Of a DNA stretch of 64,000 nucleotides, positions 40,437-57,588 are shown piece after piece. The position numbers were made by a program, and so were the translations under genes. Position 1 is the stretch's first letter; every line of letters begins with the position of its first letter. Source of the stretch: Eledone cirrhosa (Eukaryota); contig OZ024752.1 in NCBI GenBank assembly GCA_964016885.1, positions 40,982,001 through 41,046,000 of the forward strand. Reading direction: 5' to 3'. Under the pieces are notes generated by a model. The model was not told where the DNA came from, did not search any database, and was given only the letters and a program-made list of their open reading frames with translations.

Positions 40437-41724
40437 GGATTGGCAGTAGAGCGTCAGACACCATGCTTTGCAGCATAGAGTTATGACCCTTTATGTTCTG
40501 AGTTCAAATCCCACCGAGGTTAACTTTTCCTTTCATCCTTACGGGGTCGATAACATAAAGTACCAGTCACGCACTGGGGTCGATTTAATCGACTTTCCCC
40601 TCCCCCGAAATTACTGGCCTTGTGCCTATATAAGAAGCCATTAGTATTTTTTGGAGTCTCAGTCATTGATGTTATTTAACTGGAAAGTTTGTTCAAATGA
40701 ACATCAAACCTCTAACTGCAGTCTCAAACATTCCGGACGCATCGGAAGATTCTTGCTGTTTCCAGACATATTTGCCTGCTTAAATCTGATTTAGAAACTG
40801 TTAACTGGAGTATTACTATCTAAGAAAACATACCATGATCTTGAAAGAACATTTCCTTCTAAAAACAAACAGTTCAAGGAAAAAAAAAAATCCAATAGAT
40901 CATCTTGTTTTAGAGAAGATTGTGAACAAAGATAAAAAATCAATATGATATGGATAGATTGTTAAAAAACTTACGATAACATGTCCCATCCATTAATTGT
41001 TCGATCTCTGACGTTATTTGGGGTGGCGGATAATTTAAGCAAAATCGTAAAGAAATTCTAGCGGGAAGGACTGGAGAACGTAAAGGGACGTGACTATATA
41101 TAGCAATAATTGTTTCTACTTTAGGCACAAGGCCAACAATTACCCAGTGCATTACTGGTACTTTATTTTATCCACCCCGTAAGGATGAAAGGCAAAGTCA
41201 ACCTCGGTGGGATTTGAAATCAGACCGTAAAGGGACGTAACTCTATGCTGCAAAGCTTGGCGTCCGACCCTCTACCGATACTGCCAATCCACAATGATTT
41301 GTAGTATAAGCACAAGGCCAGTAATTTTGGGGGAGAGGAAAGTCGATTAAATCGCCCCCAGTGCATTACTGGTGCAATATGTTATCGAGCCCGTAAGGAT
41401 GAGAGGCAAATTTAACCTCGGCAGGATTTGAACTCAGACCATAAAGGGCGGTAACTCTATGCTACAAAGTATGGCGTCCAACCCTCTACCGATACTGCCA
41501 ATCCAATAAAGATAGAGATTACGATTATAATAATAATTGTTTCTACTTTTTGGCACAAGGCCAGCAATTACCCCATTGCATTACTGGTACTTTGTTTTAT
41601 CGACCCCCCGTAAGGATGAAAGGCAAAGTTAACCTCGGCGGGATTTGAACTCATAATGGCAAGGGACGTAACTCTATGCGTCAAAGCATGGCGTCCGACT
41701 CTCTACCGATACTGCCAATCCACC
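40437..41724. mobile_element. SINE-1 copies (40437-40640 +; 41109-41291, 41305-41505, 41537-41724 -)
   Basis: Consensus matches. Confidence 0.88.
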
Positions 41725-42113
41725 GACAATAATAATGATAATAAGGTTAAAGATGGTGATCTTGAACTTGATGATGATGATGATGAGGGGGGATGGGGAG
41801 GAGGGGTGGGGGTGGGGGAGGGGGAGGAGGTCGATGACGCAGAAGGGGATCATCTTGGTAGATGTGGAAGGCAGGAAAGTTTTATATTTAATGAATACAT
41901 GATGGATCGATTCCTAGAGACCAAATTAGCAAAACATGAGTTTATATTAGAATGTTAAAAAGACGAATATATTGGGGAAAGGGGGTGGGGGTGTAGAGGG
42001 ATGGTGTGAGGTGACTCAGGCTGAGAGTTGCACGATGTATAGACGTTAAGACGAAGGCAAAGAATATACATGCACACACATATACACATGTATACACACA
42101 CACACACACACAC

Positions 42114-42344
<231 letters not shown>

Positions 42345-42394
42345 TATATATACACACACATATATATATAAATATATATATATATATTTATATA

Positions 42395-42960
<566 letters not shown>

Positions 42961-43000
42961 ACATATATATATATATATATATACACATATATATATATAT

Positions 43001-43045
<45 letters not shown>

Positions 43046-43055
43046 TATCTATATA

Positions 43056-43135
<80 letters not shown>

Positions 43136-43182
43136 TAGATATATATATATATATACTTATATATATATATATATATATATAT

Positions 43183-43312
<130 letters not shown>

Positions 43313-43333
43313 TTATATCTATATATATATATA

Positions 43334-43575
43334 TCTATATGTATAAAAGCAAGTCGGTCTGTTTGTGTGTGTGTCTGTCTGTGTACAAATACTAGGCTCC
43401 TTTTGTCTTAAGTACTAGGCCGATTTGGCACGTGCTATTGAGGCGACCTCTCATTGGCTAGCCAATAAGCTGACATAAGCTGACATGCACTCAAAAATTG
43501 CTAGCTAAGCCATAAACGACCTTGAACAATTCAGGCTGCCATTCATTTCCCGAGCAACGCCGGGTACATCTGCTA

Positions 43576-43576
<1 letters not shown>
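43334..43576 (+). mobile_element. non-autonomous Helitron (243 bp)
   Basis: 5' A|TCTATATGTATAAAAG; 3' hairpin CCCGAGCAACGCCGGG then TACATCTG-CTAG|T; no TSD. Confidence 0.85.
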
Positions 43577-43629
<53 letters not shown>

Positions 43630-43743
43630 GCACACACACACACACATATATATATATATACATGTATATACATATATATATATATATAGAGAATTAGCCG
43701 TCGAACGGCTTGAGCTATGCCGTCGGGGTCATACTTGTTCCTA

Positions 43744-43836
<93 letters not shown>

Positions 43837-43895
43837 GTATATATGTACATATATAAATATATATATATTTATATGTATATATATATATGTGTGTG

Positions 43896-43942
<47 letters not shown>

Positions 43943-43943
43943 G

Positions 43944-44059
<116 letters not shown>

Positions 44060-44784
44060 AAGAAAGAGATAGAAGGAGAGAGAGGGATAGATAGAGCGAT
44101 AGATAGATAAATACATACATAGAGAAAAAAAGAAAGAAAGAAAGAAAAAAGAAAGAAGGAAGGAAGGAAAGAAATAACGAAAGAAAGGAAGAAAGAAAAA
44201 AAGAAGGTAGGAAGGAAGGAAAGAACGAAAGAAAGGAAGAAATAAAGATAAAGAATAAAGAAAGAAAGAAAGAAAAAAGAAAGAAAAATGAAGGAAGGAA
44301 AGAATGAATGAAAGAAAGAAATGGAGACATATATAGAAACATGTTACAGACAGAATATAAAAAAAAAAAGAAACCCGCTGATGAAGCTTGTCCTGTCATC
44401 TTTGTTCAGCGGCCAACATGTTTACACCGATAATTATCATATATACATAGATATTTACACACATCTGTATGTGTGGCTTCTGGACACATGCAATAAATAT
44501 AGTTGTAATAAAGCATAAACCCCCCCCCCCCCATGGTTTGCATAGATAGATAAAGAGATACAGGAATGTATAGACTTTCCAGAAATATACACAGAGATGC
44601 AAATATGGGGAAGTATAGAAGCATACACACATAAGCATATATGCCATGTTTACACACACACACACGCAAAAAATATTTTTCTTTCTCTATCCCTCTTTGT
44701 ATATAAATATAAATATATATATATATTATATATATATAAATGAAAAGTATAGAAATTATTGTAGCAAGAAGCCAACAGTATTCC

Positions 44785-44858
<74 letters not shown>

Positions 44859-44937
44859 GAGAGAGAGAGAGAGAGAGTGATCCGTACCTATATACATACA
44901 TACGTATGTATATATACATAGACACACATACACACAC

Positions 44938-45021
<84 letters not shown>

Positions 45022-45194
45022 TGTATATATATATATATTTATATAAATGTGTGTGTGTGTGTGCCAGTCTGTGCATGTTTATCTGCCTGTGTGTGTGTAT
45101 GTGTGTGTATATATACACCCACACACTCTTAAACATATACACATGGAACAATCAGACAAGGAATCCACGTACACGCAGCTACACTGAAATACAA

Positions 45195-45615
45195 CTACAC
45201 ACAAACACACACACACACAAACACACAAACACACAAGCACATAGACATACAAACACACAAACACACAAACACACAACACACACACACACAAACATACAAA
45301 CACACAATACACACACACAAACACACAAACACACAAACACACAACACACAAAAACACAACACACAACACACAAACACACACACAAACACACAAACACACA
45401 AACACACAACACACAAACACACAAACACACAAACACACAACTCACAAACACACAAACACACAAACACACAAACACACAACACACAGACACACAAACACAC
45501 AAACACACAACACACAACACACAAACACACAAACAGATAACCACACAAACAGACAAACACACAAACACACAACACACAACACACAACACACAAACACACA
45601 AACATACAAACACAT
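45195..45615. repeat. (CACAAACA)n-type low-complexity repeat
   Basis: Direct reading. Confidence 0.93.
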
Positions 45616-46401
45616 ATTAGCTACATACAGAAGTACACATACATGTGTTTCTATAGAGTGAAGGATCTGATCCACTTAACGAATTATTCCACCTTCTCTC
45701 CTATCTTGACACCATGGGGATTCGTTGTTAGCCACAATGTCATTTATTTATTCATATGCTAGTTATCCTATTAATGTTTGTTGTGTCTCTAGAGTATTCT
45801 ACAATGAATGGCGGGAAAAGGATGACTGTTTGGCGGGAAAATGGGTCTGTTATGTATTTCCTTATTTTTTTCTTCTTTCTTCTTCTTTTTTTTTTTTTTT
45901 TACTTTCTAATTTTGACATGCAAGATTGATCTTAGTTATAAGTTTACTGTACTTAATAGTTTTCTTTATTAATTTATTGATTTTAAAAAAAAATACCAAT
46001 CCCGCATCAAATGGAACAAAACCGTCTAACCCATGCTAGCGTGGAAGACGGGCGTTAAACGCTGATGATGATGATGATGATGATGATAATTTGGACTATA
46101 AAATAGAATATTACCTATCACCCCTGTTGGAATCAATGAGAAAGCCTCTATGTATCCCTACGATCTGCTAAAAGTAGTAATCAAATTTGCCTCAAAAAAC
46201 ATATCAGAGTCATAAAAATGGAAGTACGCATTTGTAGAATGTTGTTCAGACTCAAGTAAATAAACGGGATGGTCATGGCCAGAACGCATTTATCAGAAGC
46301 CTGTAGAAAAGGAGTTCTCGCGTGAGTAACTGTAAATAACACCAATGTTCTTTATTCACAAATACGTGATCATTCTCGATCCCGATTCTTGTATATAATT
46401 A

Positions 46402-47257
46402 TTTCTACTCAAGGCCAGCAATTATCCCAGTGCATTACTGGTACTTTATTTTATCGACCCCGTAAGGATGAAAGGCAAAGTTAACCCTAGCGGGATTTGA
46501 ACTCAGATCATAAAGGGCCGTAACTCTTTGTTGCAAATCATGGCGTCCGACCCTCTACTGACAACTGCCAATCCACCGCCATTCTTGTATATAATTCTTG
46601 TATATAATCCACTTTTACCATGGCTGCCTTGCAAAGGAATATTTTACTCTATTACGTGTTCCACCTGATGGGCTGGTGCCATTCTGGGGCACCGTTATTG
46701 CCTTTTTCTTCATAACTGCCTTTTTTTTTCTTTTCAAAGAAAGCGATAGGTTAGGCGTAATAATAGACCCTGTTGTCAAAAGGTAAAGTTAACCTCGGCG
46801 GGATTTGAACTCAGGTCATAAAGGGCCGTAAATCTATGCTGCAAAGCATGGCGTCCGACCTTCTACAGACACTGTCAATAATAATGATTTCTAGTATTGG
46901 CATAAGACCAGTAATTTGTGGGAGGGGAAAGTCGATTAAATCGAACCCAGTGCGTGACTGATACTTTATTTTACCGACCCCGCAAGGATGATATGGCAAA
47001 GTTAACTTCGGCGGGATTTGAAATCGGAACGCAAAGGGCCGTAACTCTATGCTGCAAAGGTTGGCGTCTGACATTTTACCGATACTGCCACTAATAATTG
47101 CTTCTACTATTGGCACAAGGCCAGCAATTACCCAGTACATTACTGGTACTTTATTTTATCGACCCCGTAATCATGAAAGGCAAAGTTAACCTCGGCGGGA
47201 TTTGAACTCAGAATAGCAAGGGCCGTAACTCTATGCGTCAAAGCATGGTGTTGCCAA
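46402..47257 (-). mobile_element. cluster of four SINE-1 copies or fragments
   Basis: Consensus matches at 46402-46580, 46780-46878, 46887-47090 and 47097-47257. Confidence 0.87.
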
Positions 47258-47786
47258 TAATAATGATAATACGCTATTTTCACATCCAAAGAGACATACA
47301 TAATTCATAACACAACACATTAATTAGAAAGCTTTAAAACCTATATTTAAAAAAGTCGGATAAATATTTCAAGTTATTTTATTATTTTATATTAATTAAT
47401 ATTCGTTGTCTGAAGAAAACCACGCCTCAGAATAATTGATTTTCCTTTCTTGTATTTATTCACTCTTAAAATTACATTGTCATTTCAAGCCACCAAGAAA
47501 TAATTTCATGTAATTAAATCTCTTATTATAAAAATAATGTCTTTTTTAAGAAACATAATAGAAAATTTAACTTTTAATTTTGTCTTTTCTTTCATTTTTC
47601 TTTTACATATTTTTTATTACTAATTTCACTTATTGAATCGTGCTCATGCTGGGGTCACAAAATTAATAATTTAAAGCGCCTATGCGGTATATGAGAGATA
47701 TTGGGTTTGATTCCTCATAGCGGCCGATGGCAATTTCTTTTTCTGTTTTTAAGGGCCTTCACCTTACTTTATAAGCTATTTTATAG

Positions 47787-48005
47787 CAGGCATGTCAAAC
47801 ATGCGGCCCACGTGCCACATGCAGCCCTTTACAAGCACACATGCGGCCCGCAAAAAGATTTTTACAGCACGAACATGTCTTATTTTTGTAATTTTTAAAT
47901 GAATAAAAAATAGTTGCAATGTGCGCAATTAGTTGTCATGTGTGGCCCTCACACAATACATGTGACCCATGTGACCATCGGAGGACCCTCATTTTGACAT
48001 GCCTG
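47787..48005. mobile_element. hAT (Charlie-like) MITE, 219 bp
   Basis: TIR CAGGCATGTCAAA / TTTGACATGCCTG with a perfect 8-bp TSD TTTTATAG on both sides; internal GCGGCCC repeats. Confidence 0.92.
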
Positions 48006-49874
48006 TTTTATAGCATCTTCGCGCATGCGCACACCACTCTTTCTATTAATTATATTATACATTGTTTTACTAAAAGTTAGAATTATCAGAAAATCATATT
48101 TTTTAAACCGAGGTTGACTTTGCCTTTCATCCTTACGGGGGTCGATAAAATAAAGTACCAGTAATGCACTGGGTAATTGCTGGCCTTGTGCCTAAAGTAG
48201 AATCAATTATCTAAATAAGGTCTAAAGGCAGTAGAATCCATAAAATAACCTGTGGTATTTATTTATACATCTTTTACGATATATTATCCCCTCAGTTCTT
48301 CCTGCTACACTTATCAAGATTATTGGTCTGGTCACACACATTCTTATCATTTTCTGCCGAGAGACACACTATTATTCCACTCACTTCCTATCTATATGTC
48401 CAGCATGTCATATCCCTGCCCTATCCTCTGGGGAAACGCCTTCTCCATTCTGTCCGCCGGGGCTGTGAGGAGGCCAGCACGTGGGAGCCCATTTGCTCAC
48501 CATACGGAGAGACGGGGGGAGGGCGTGAGAGATGGAGGCGATGACAGTGGGAGTTCGGCTCTTCCACGTTCGGATCATATCCTTGGGGTTGTGTTCATTA
48601 AGCAGTTAATGAGTCTGTTTTTGTACTTTCTAGTCTACCTTTTGCCTTTGTATCACTATCACACCACCACCACCACCATCACCACCACCACCACGACCAC
48701 CACCACCACCACCACCTCCTGTTATTTTCCGTTCTAATGTTCTTTTTTCTCGTCTTTTCTCTTTCCATCTGTTTTGATAAAGGACATGCATCCAAAATGT
48801 CGATTTCTCCCCCATTCCCTTCCTTCCCAACCTTATTACATTGTCTTTTTTTATGCTGTTTGTTGTTTTCTTTGTAGCTTTGATTTTTGCTTCTGGATAA
48901 CATACTCAAACCCTATATACTAACTTTAGACAATCCTTCATCACACACCTTTAAAAAGCAGTGATGAGCTCTTCGTAGTGATACTCAACCCACCATCCAT
49001 ATTCCGAAAAATCAATGTTGAACTGCAAATATTCCAGCAATTTAGATGTGCACAGATAGACATGACATGCAGAATTTCTATGATAAAAAATGGTTAGGAA
49101 CAATCTAATGGCACCATTAAGTCATCAGACAGTGTATCGCTTCTGAAATAAAACACACCAAAAAACGCCAAAAAAAAAAAAACAGTCAGCAGGTAAATCA
49201 CTTACCCTAGCACCTACGCCAACATATATCAGCGCATCTGGCAGTCAAGGTGAAGTTTTGTGAAATGCCTGCCATCCGCCATTTTGACAAGCCATCCAGG
49301 TTTGCTGAAGTTAGTGCTTCTATCAATAGAGTGAAACCAGGAATTCTCCTATAACTGACAACATTCCATATCAAAGAGCTTGAAGGAGAATGCACAAGAG
49401 CGCTTCATTGCTAATTCCTAGAGACGACATCACGCGTGCACTGCCGGATTGGCAGCATAGAGTTATGGCCCTTTACATTCTGAGTTCCAATACCGCCGAG
49501 GTTAAATTTGCGTTTCATCCTTACGGGGGTCGATAAAATAAAGTACCAGTAATGCACTGGGGTAATTGCTGGCCTTGTGCAAAAAGCAGAAACAATTATT
49601 CTCCTCACATACCAACACAGCGTTGCGAGCTGGAATGGCTCTTCCAGCGAGTCTCCCTCACCACCCTACAGACAAATACGTCCTCTATTCTGTCCCCCCG
49701 GAGCCACGGGGCGGCCAGCGCGTGGACCCACATTTTCTCATAATAGGGAGAGATAGGGAGAACGGGAGCGACGTAGACAGAGACAGTGTGATTTTCTGTT
49801 CCATTGTGTTCGGACCTGATGTATATGTGTATATATATTGACCACACAAACACACACACACGCACACACACACA

Positions 49875-49915
<41 letters not shown>

Positions 49916-49953
49916 ACACACACACACACCCACACAAACACACACACAAACAC

Positions 49954-50007
<54 letters not shown>

Positions 50008-50042
50008 ACAAACACACACACACAAACATACACACACACACA

Positions 50043-50164
<122 letters not shown>

Positions 50165-50407
50165 GTTCGGAATATGAGAAAACAAATAACAGACAAACGA
50201 AGGAGTACAAATATTATTAGTTTCCCGCTTAGTGAGAGTGGGGTGCGTGGTTGCGACGTTTTGGGCATAAAGCCTTCATCAGAAGAGTGGGAAGGAGGAA
50301 TTCCGAGAAGGAGTGAGGGGGGCAGTTAGCGAGGAAAAAGAGATAAAAAATAAAACATGAAGTGGAAAATAAAGCTTAAAATAAAAGTTACATATATATA
50401 TGTATAC

Positions 50408-50944
<537 letters not shown>

Positions 50945-51117
50945 CATATATACATATATATATATATACTATATTATATTTAGAGTTTAAACTCAAAGTC
51001 ATTTACAATTAATCAGCTCAAAGAAAGAAGCATTTCCGAGCAGTGAAATACAAGTTAATATATATATTAATATATGATAAACACATACGTGTTTGTATTG
51101 TAATAGACAAAGTTAGC

Positions 51118-51150
<33 letters not shown>

Positions 51151-51210
51151 GCATACCCACACACGCACACACACACACACACACATATATATGTATATAT
51201 ATATATATAT

Positions 51211-51653
51211 ACGATATTAAACAAATGGAAACTATATTTATAAAACCATATTTATTTCATTATACATATTTCAGGGATACCATATTAAAAATATGGCATG
51301 CCTTCGTCAGATAAAATACAATATATAATCAGTTTTATAAATAATTTTGACGTACCATGAATATAGCGACCATTAGGTAGTCACTACCAAGCCAGCCTCC
51401 TACCTAATGGTCGCTATATTCATGGTACGTCAAAATTATTTATAAAACTGATTATATATTATTTTATCTGACGAAGGCATGCCATATTTTTAATATGGTA
51501 TCCCTGAAATATGTATAATGAAATAAATATGGTTTTATAAATATAGTTTCCATTTGTTTAATATCGTATATCTACTCCAAAAACTTGTCGAGTGCTTTAT
51601 ATCAGTTATAAAATATTTACTTGTTGTAACCCAACAATTTTAAATAAAACTTT

Positions 51654-51657
<4 letters not shown>
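51211..51657 (+). mobile_element. fold-back insert, family L, with hammerhead-like cores on both strands
   Basis: About 170 bp near-perfect arms (51211-51380 / 51399-51568); CTGACGA-AGG..ATGCCATATT ttt AATATGGTAT CC..-GAAA at 51468-51509. Confidence 0.75.
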
Positions 51658-51695
<38 letters not shown>

Positions 51696-51959
51696 TATAT
51701 ATACATATACATACGAACATACCAACAGACTTGTATTCTTATAGGGATATATTTCCCGACCACGTTTATCGTCTGTTTTGATTCGATGAGATTTTACTCT
51801 TTGTTCGCAAAGAAAACTAAATAAAAGATCTTTTTTCTCTTTTTTCTTTCAGCCATTTTAAATTTTATGAAATCCTACATAACTTGTTCCAATGTTAAAT
51901 CTTCCATCATCTGACTTAATAATAGCTGGGCTTTCCTACTTTTCGTTGCAGCTTAGATT

Positions 51960-54900
51960 CATATACATGCACACACATGCATGCACACGCATTCATGCAC
52001 ACACACATACATGCACACACATTCATGCACATACATACATGCATACACATACATGCACATACATACATGCATACACATACATGCACACACATACAGGCAC
52101 ACAGATTTGTGTACACAGATTCATGCACATACATACATGCATATACATTAATGCACATACATACAGGCACACACATCCATGCATACACATACATGCACAC
52201 ACATACAGGCACACAGATTTGTGTACATAGATTCATGCACATACATACATGCATACACATTAATTCACATACATACATGCATACACATTGATGCATACAC
52301 ATACATGCACACACATACAGGCACACAGATTTGTGTACACAGATTCATGCACATACATACATGTATACACATTAATTCACATACATACATGCACACATAT
52401 TTATGCACACACACCCATGCATACACATACAGGCACACAGATTTGTGTACACAGATTCATGCACATACATACATGTATACACATTAATGCACATACATAC
52501 ATGCACACATATTTATGCACACACACCCATGCATACACATACAGGCACACAGATTTGTGTACACAGATTCATGCACATACATACATGCATACACATTGAT
52601 GCACACACATACATGCATACACATTGATGCACACACATTCATGCATACACATACAGGCACACAGATTCGTGCACACGGATTCATGCACATACATACATGC
52701 ATACACATTAATGCAGATACATACATGCATACACATTGATGCACACACATTCATCCATACACATGCATGCATACACATATATGCACACATATTCGTGCAC
52801 ACCGATTCATGCGCATACATATATGCTAACACATTGATGCACACACATTCATCCACACACATACATGCACAAACATACATGCATACACATTCATGCACAC
52901 ACATTCATGCACATGCGTACATGCATACATATACAGGCATACACATACATGCACACATACATGCACACACATACATGCACACCCATTCATGCACATACAT
53001 ACATGCATACACATACATACATACACATACATGCACACATATACAGGCACACTGATTCGTGCCCACACATAGACACACACACATGCACACACGTAGACAC
53101 ACATACACACAATCACACACACACATACACATACACACACCGCACTTACACACACACATGCACACACTCAAACACGCACAGACATTCACACACTCAAACA
53201 CACGCACATACAGACACCACACTTACATACACATATGCACACACACACAAGCACACTCATAAACGTACACATATACACAAACACACACACACAAACACGC
53301 GCGCACACATACACATACACATGCACGCACTCATACAAACACAAACTCACGCACACATACACACACCACACCTACACACACACACACACACACACACACA
53401 TGCATACGCACGCACGCATACACACTATACTCACATATACACACACAGATGCACGCACACACACAAGCGCAAAGACGAAAACACATGCACACACCCATGC
53501 ACACACACGCATATACACACATTCACTCTCAGACACATATGTACACACACGCACACACACAAACATGCGCGCACATACACACACCACACCTACACACACA
53601 TATGCACGCACTCATACAAAGGTAAACACACATGCACACACACACATGCACACAAACATGCACGCACACACATGCACACACACACATGCACACACACACA
53701 CATGCACACACACATGCACGCACACACATGCACACACCCACATGCACACATACATGTACACACACACATGCACACACACATTCACACACACACATGCACA
53801 CACACATGCACACTCACACATGCAGACACACACACATACACACACACATGCACGCACACACATGCACACACACATGTACACACACATGCACACACAGATG
53901 CACACACACACACGTGATGACAATGGAGCTGCGTTTTGTTTTTTATTTTCCTCTTTCTATTTTCACCTCACCCTACTTCCCATTTATTTTCTCTTTCTCT
54001 CTCTTCCTCTTTCTCTCTTACCCTCTCTCTTTCTCTCTCTCTCACCCTCTCTTCCCTTCTCTCTCTCTCTCACCCTCCTTCTGTATGTCTATATGTATAT
54101 ATGTGTATTTATGTGCATGTGCATATATGTATGTGTATATATGTGTGTATATGTGTATATATGTGTATGTGCATCTATCTACGTGTATATGTGTATGTGC
54201 ATATATGTATGTGCATATATGTATGTGTGTATATGTGTATGTGCATCTATCTACACGTATATGTGTATATGTGCATGTGCATATATGTATGTGCATATAT
54301 GTATGTGTATATGTGTATATATGTGTATGTGCATCTATCTACGTGTATATGTGCATGTGCATATATGTATGTGTATATATGTGTGTATATATGTGTATGC
54401 GCATCTATCTACCTGTATATGTGTATGTGCATATATGTATGTGTATATGTGTATATATGTGTATGTACATCTATCTACGTGTATATGTGTATATGTGTAT
54501 GTACATATATGTATGTGTATATGTGTATATATGTATATGTGCATCTATCTACGTGTATATGTGTATATATATATGTATGTGCATCTATCTACGTGTATAT
54601 GTGTATGTGCATATATGTATGTGTATATATGTATGTGTATATGTGTATATATGTGTGTGTGTGCATCTATCTACGTGAATATGTGTATATGTGTATGTGC
54701 ATATATGTATGTGTATATGTGTATATATATATGTATGTGCATCTATCTACGTGTATATGTGTATGTGCATATATGTATGTGTATATATGTATGTGTATAT
54801 GTGTATATATGTGTATGTGCATCTATCTACGTGTATATGTGTATGTGTATATGTGTATGTGTATATATGTATGTATATATGTATATGTTCATCTATCTAC

Positions 54901-55665
54901 GTGTATATATGTATGTGCATATATGTATGTGTATATGTGTATATATGTGATTCTATCTACGTGTATATGTGTATATGTGTATGTGTATATGTGTATGTGT
55001 ATATGTGTATGTGTATATATGTATGTATATATGTATATGTTCATCTATCTACGTGTATATATGTATGTGCATATATGTATGTCTATATGTGTATATATGT
55101 GATTCTATCTACGTGTATATGTGTATATGTGTATGTGTATATGTGTATGTGTATATGTGTATGTGTATATATGTATGTATATATGTATATGTTCATCTAT
55201 CTACGTGTATATATGTATGTGCATATATGTATGTCTATATGTGTATATATGTGATTCTATCTACGTGTATATGTGTATATGTGTATGTGTATATGTGTAT
55301 GTGTATATGTGTATGTGTATATATGTATGTATATATGTATATGTTCATCTATCTACGTGTATATGTGTATGTGTATATATATATGTGTATATGTGCATAT
55401 ATGTATGTGTATATGTGTATATATGTATATGTGCATCTATCTACGTGTATATGTGTATGTGTATATATGTATGTGTATATATGTATGTGTATATGTATAT
55501 GTGAATATATGTATGTATATATGTATATGTTCATCTATCTACGTGTATATGTGTATGTGTATATATGTATGTGTATATATGTATGTGTATATGTGTATAT
55601 ATGTATATGTGCATCTATCTACGTGTATATGTGTATGTATATATGTATGTGTATATGTATATGTA
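51960..55665. repeat. complex CA/TG-derived minisatellites
   Basis: 51960-53910 is CA-rich with recurring CAGGCACACAGATTTGTG; 54085-55665 is TG-rich with recurring CATCTATCTACGTG. Confidence 0.93.
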
Positions 55666-56322
55666 TTATTACCTCATTCTTTCGGCTGTTCTTTTATTTT
55701 CCTTCCAGTTATCGATGGAATCCCAGATTCATTCATGTGAAGAGAAAAGGATATTATATTCCCATGTGAGCCCGATAGATGGCACTGTCCTCTACAGGAA
55801 ATTTCAGCCATTGAGACTCAGCTAAGGAAATTATATTTAATTAGCATTGTAAGTGTTCTTTCATTCAAGGAAATATTTCCTTCGGTGAGATGGACATATT
55901 GTTCAGGTTTTCCATAGTTGATAGTTCTTTGATATTTTCATTAAATACCTTCTAACCAATTGGTACTATATTCCATAAGAATATATATTATTTTTATTTT
56001 TATCTATTAATATATTTTGTTGTGTAGGGCGGGCTTTATTCTACGTATGTTCCAATCTAAAATCCTGAAATTCAAGGACTCCATTTAAAAAAATGTTCAG
56101 CAATCTTAAATGTTTTCATCAGAAAATAGTATTTCATCAAATTAATTTCCTTACTTCATCAGATTAATTTCTCTTTTTCATACAATCTTTAGGATATTGT
56201 TTCACATTGGTTTATATATTTTTCTTTCTTTATATATACCTGACTTTTCCAGTACAAAGATTTTCATCTTTACTCTTATCATTGGGAATAAGAATAAAAA
56301 AAACACTCTTTCGCTCATCTCC

Positions 56323-56711
56323 CAAAATATAGATATTTTAAAGCTTAGTAAAACCAAAATATAGATGTTTTAAAGCTTAGTAAAACCAAAATATAGATGT
56401 TTTAAAGCTTAGTAAAACCAAAATATAGATGTTTTAAAGCTTAGTAAAACCAAAATATAGATGTTTTAAAGCTTAGTAAAACCAAAATATAGATGTTTTA
56501 AAGCTTAGTAAAACCAAAATATAGATGTTTTAAAGCTTAGTAAAACCAAAATATAGATGTTTTGAAGCTTAGTAAAACCAAAATATAGATGTTTTAAAGC
56601 TTAGTAAAACCAAAATATAGATGTTTTAAAGCTTAGTAAAACCAAAATATAGATGTTTTAAAGCTTAGTAAAACCAAAATATAGATGTTTTAAAGCTTAG
56701 TAAAACCAAAA
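56323..56711. repeat. 32-bp minisatellite, about 12 copies
   Basis: CCAAAATATAGATGTTTTAAAGCTTAGTAAAA near-identical units. Confidence 0.97.
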
Positions 56712-57240
56712 GCTAAGGAGTTGTGGCCGGTAAATAGAATCAACAATGAAAAGACCAATGGGAACATGGTCTTCTTGGGCCAATGGAAACATTGTCTTAT
56801 CGGTCCGATGTGATGAATTCCACCCCACTCGGTAAGCGAATGGGATCTGGAATCTCGTCGTTAGATAAAAAGAATATTATCTTCGCTTATTTGACTTTAA
56901 TTTTCATAATGTCCTCGATATACATTAACAGAGGTATGCAATATATTTTTTAAACAGTACATTAGTGTTGCTTATTACAATTTCAGAATTACATATGCAT
57001 ACATACACACATATATACATATATACATACATACATACATTCATACATACATAATGGCTGCTCCCTCGTTATCGAGTATCGCCATTGCACAATATAACAT
57101 TATTAATGATTATCAATTAATGCTATCGTGCAATGCCACTCTCTCGGTGAGCCAATGCCACTCTCTCAGTGACAGTAGCTATACATACTTACATATATAC
57201 ATACACACATATAAACATACATACATGCATACATACATAC

Positions 57241-57508
57241 GTGGTGGTGGCTGCCAACTCGTTTTCGAGTACGGCCACTACTTTATATCCATGTAGGAGA
57301 ACCCCTACCGATGCGCTGAACGAAGGTGACTTTTTAGTCCAGCCAGCGACTTGAAAACTCTGGTACAAACACTACACTTGTGACAATTATTGACACATAG
57401 TGCTGGGCCCATGGTACTATGTGATGACAAGTGCAGAGAGATCTCCAGATATAAAGCAATGCCTGTGCCGTGTAACTTTTATAGTGAGCAAAGGCACTGC
57501 ACAAAGCC
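57241..57508 (-). mobile_element. truncated copy of the (ATGT)n-tailed non-autonomous element
   Basis: Matches 17645-17907; (CATA)n on both sides. Confidence 0.75.
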
Positions 57509-57588
57509 ACATACATACATACATACATACATACATACATACATACATACATACATACATACATACATACATACATACATACATACAT

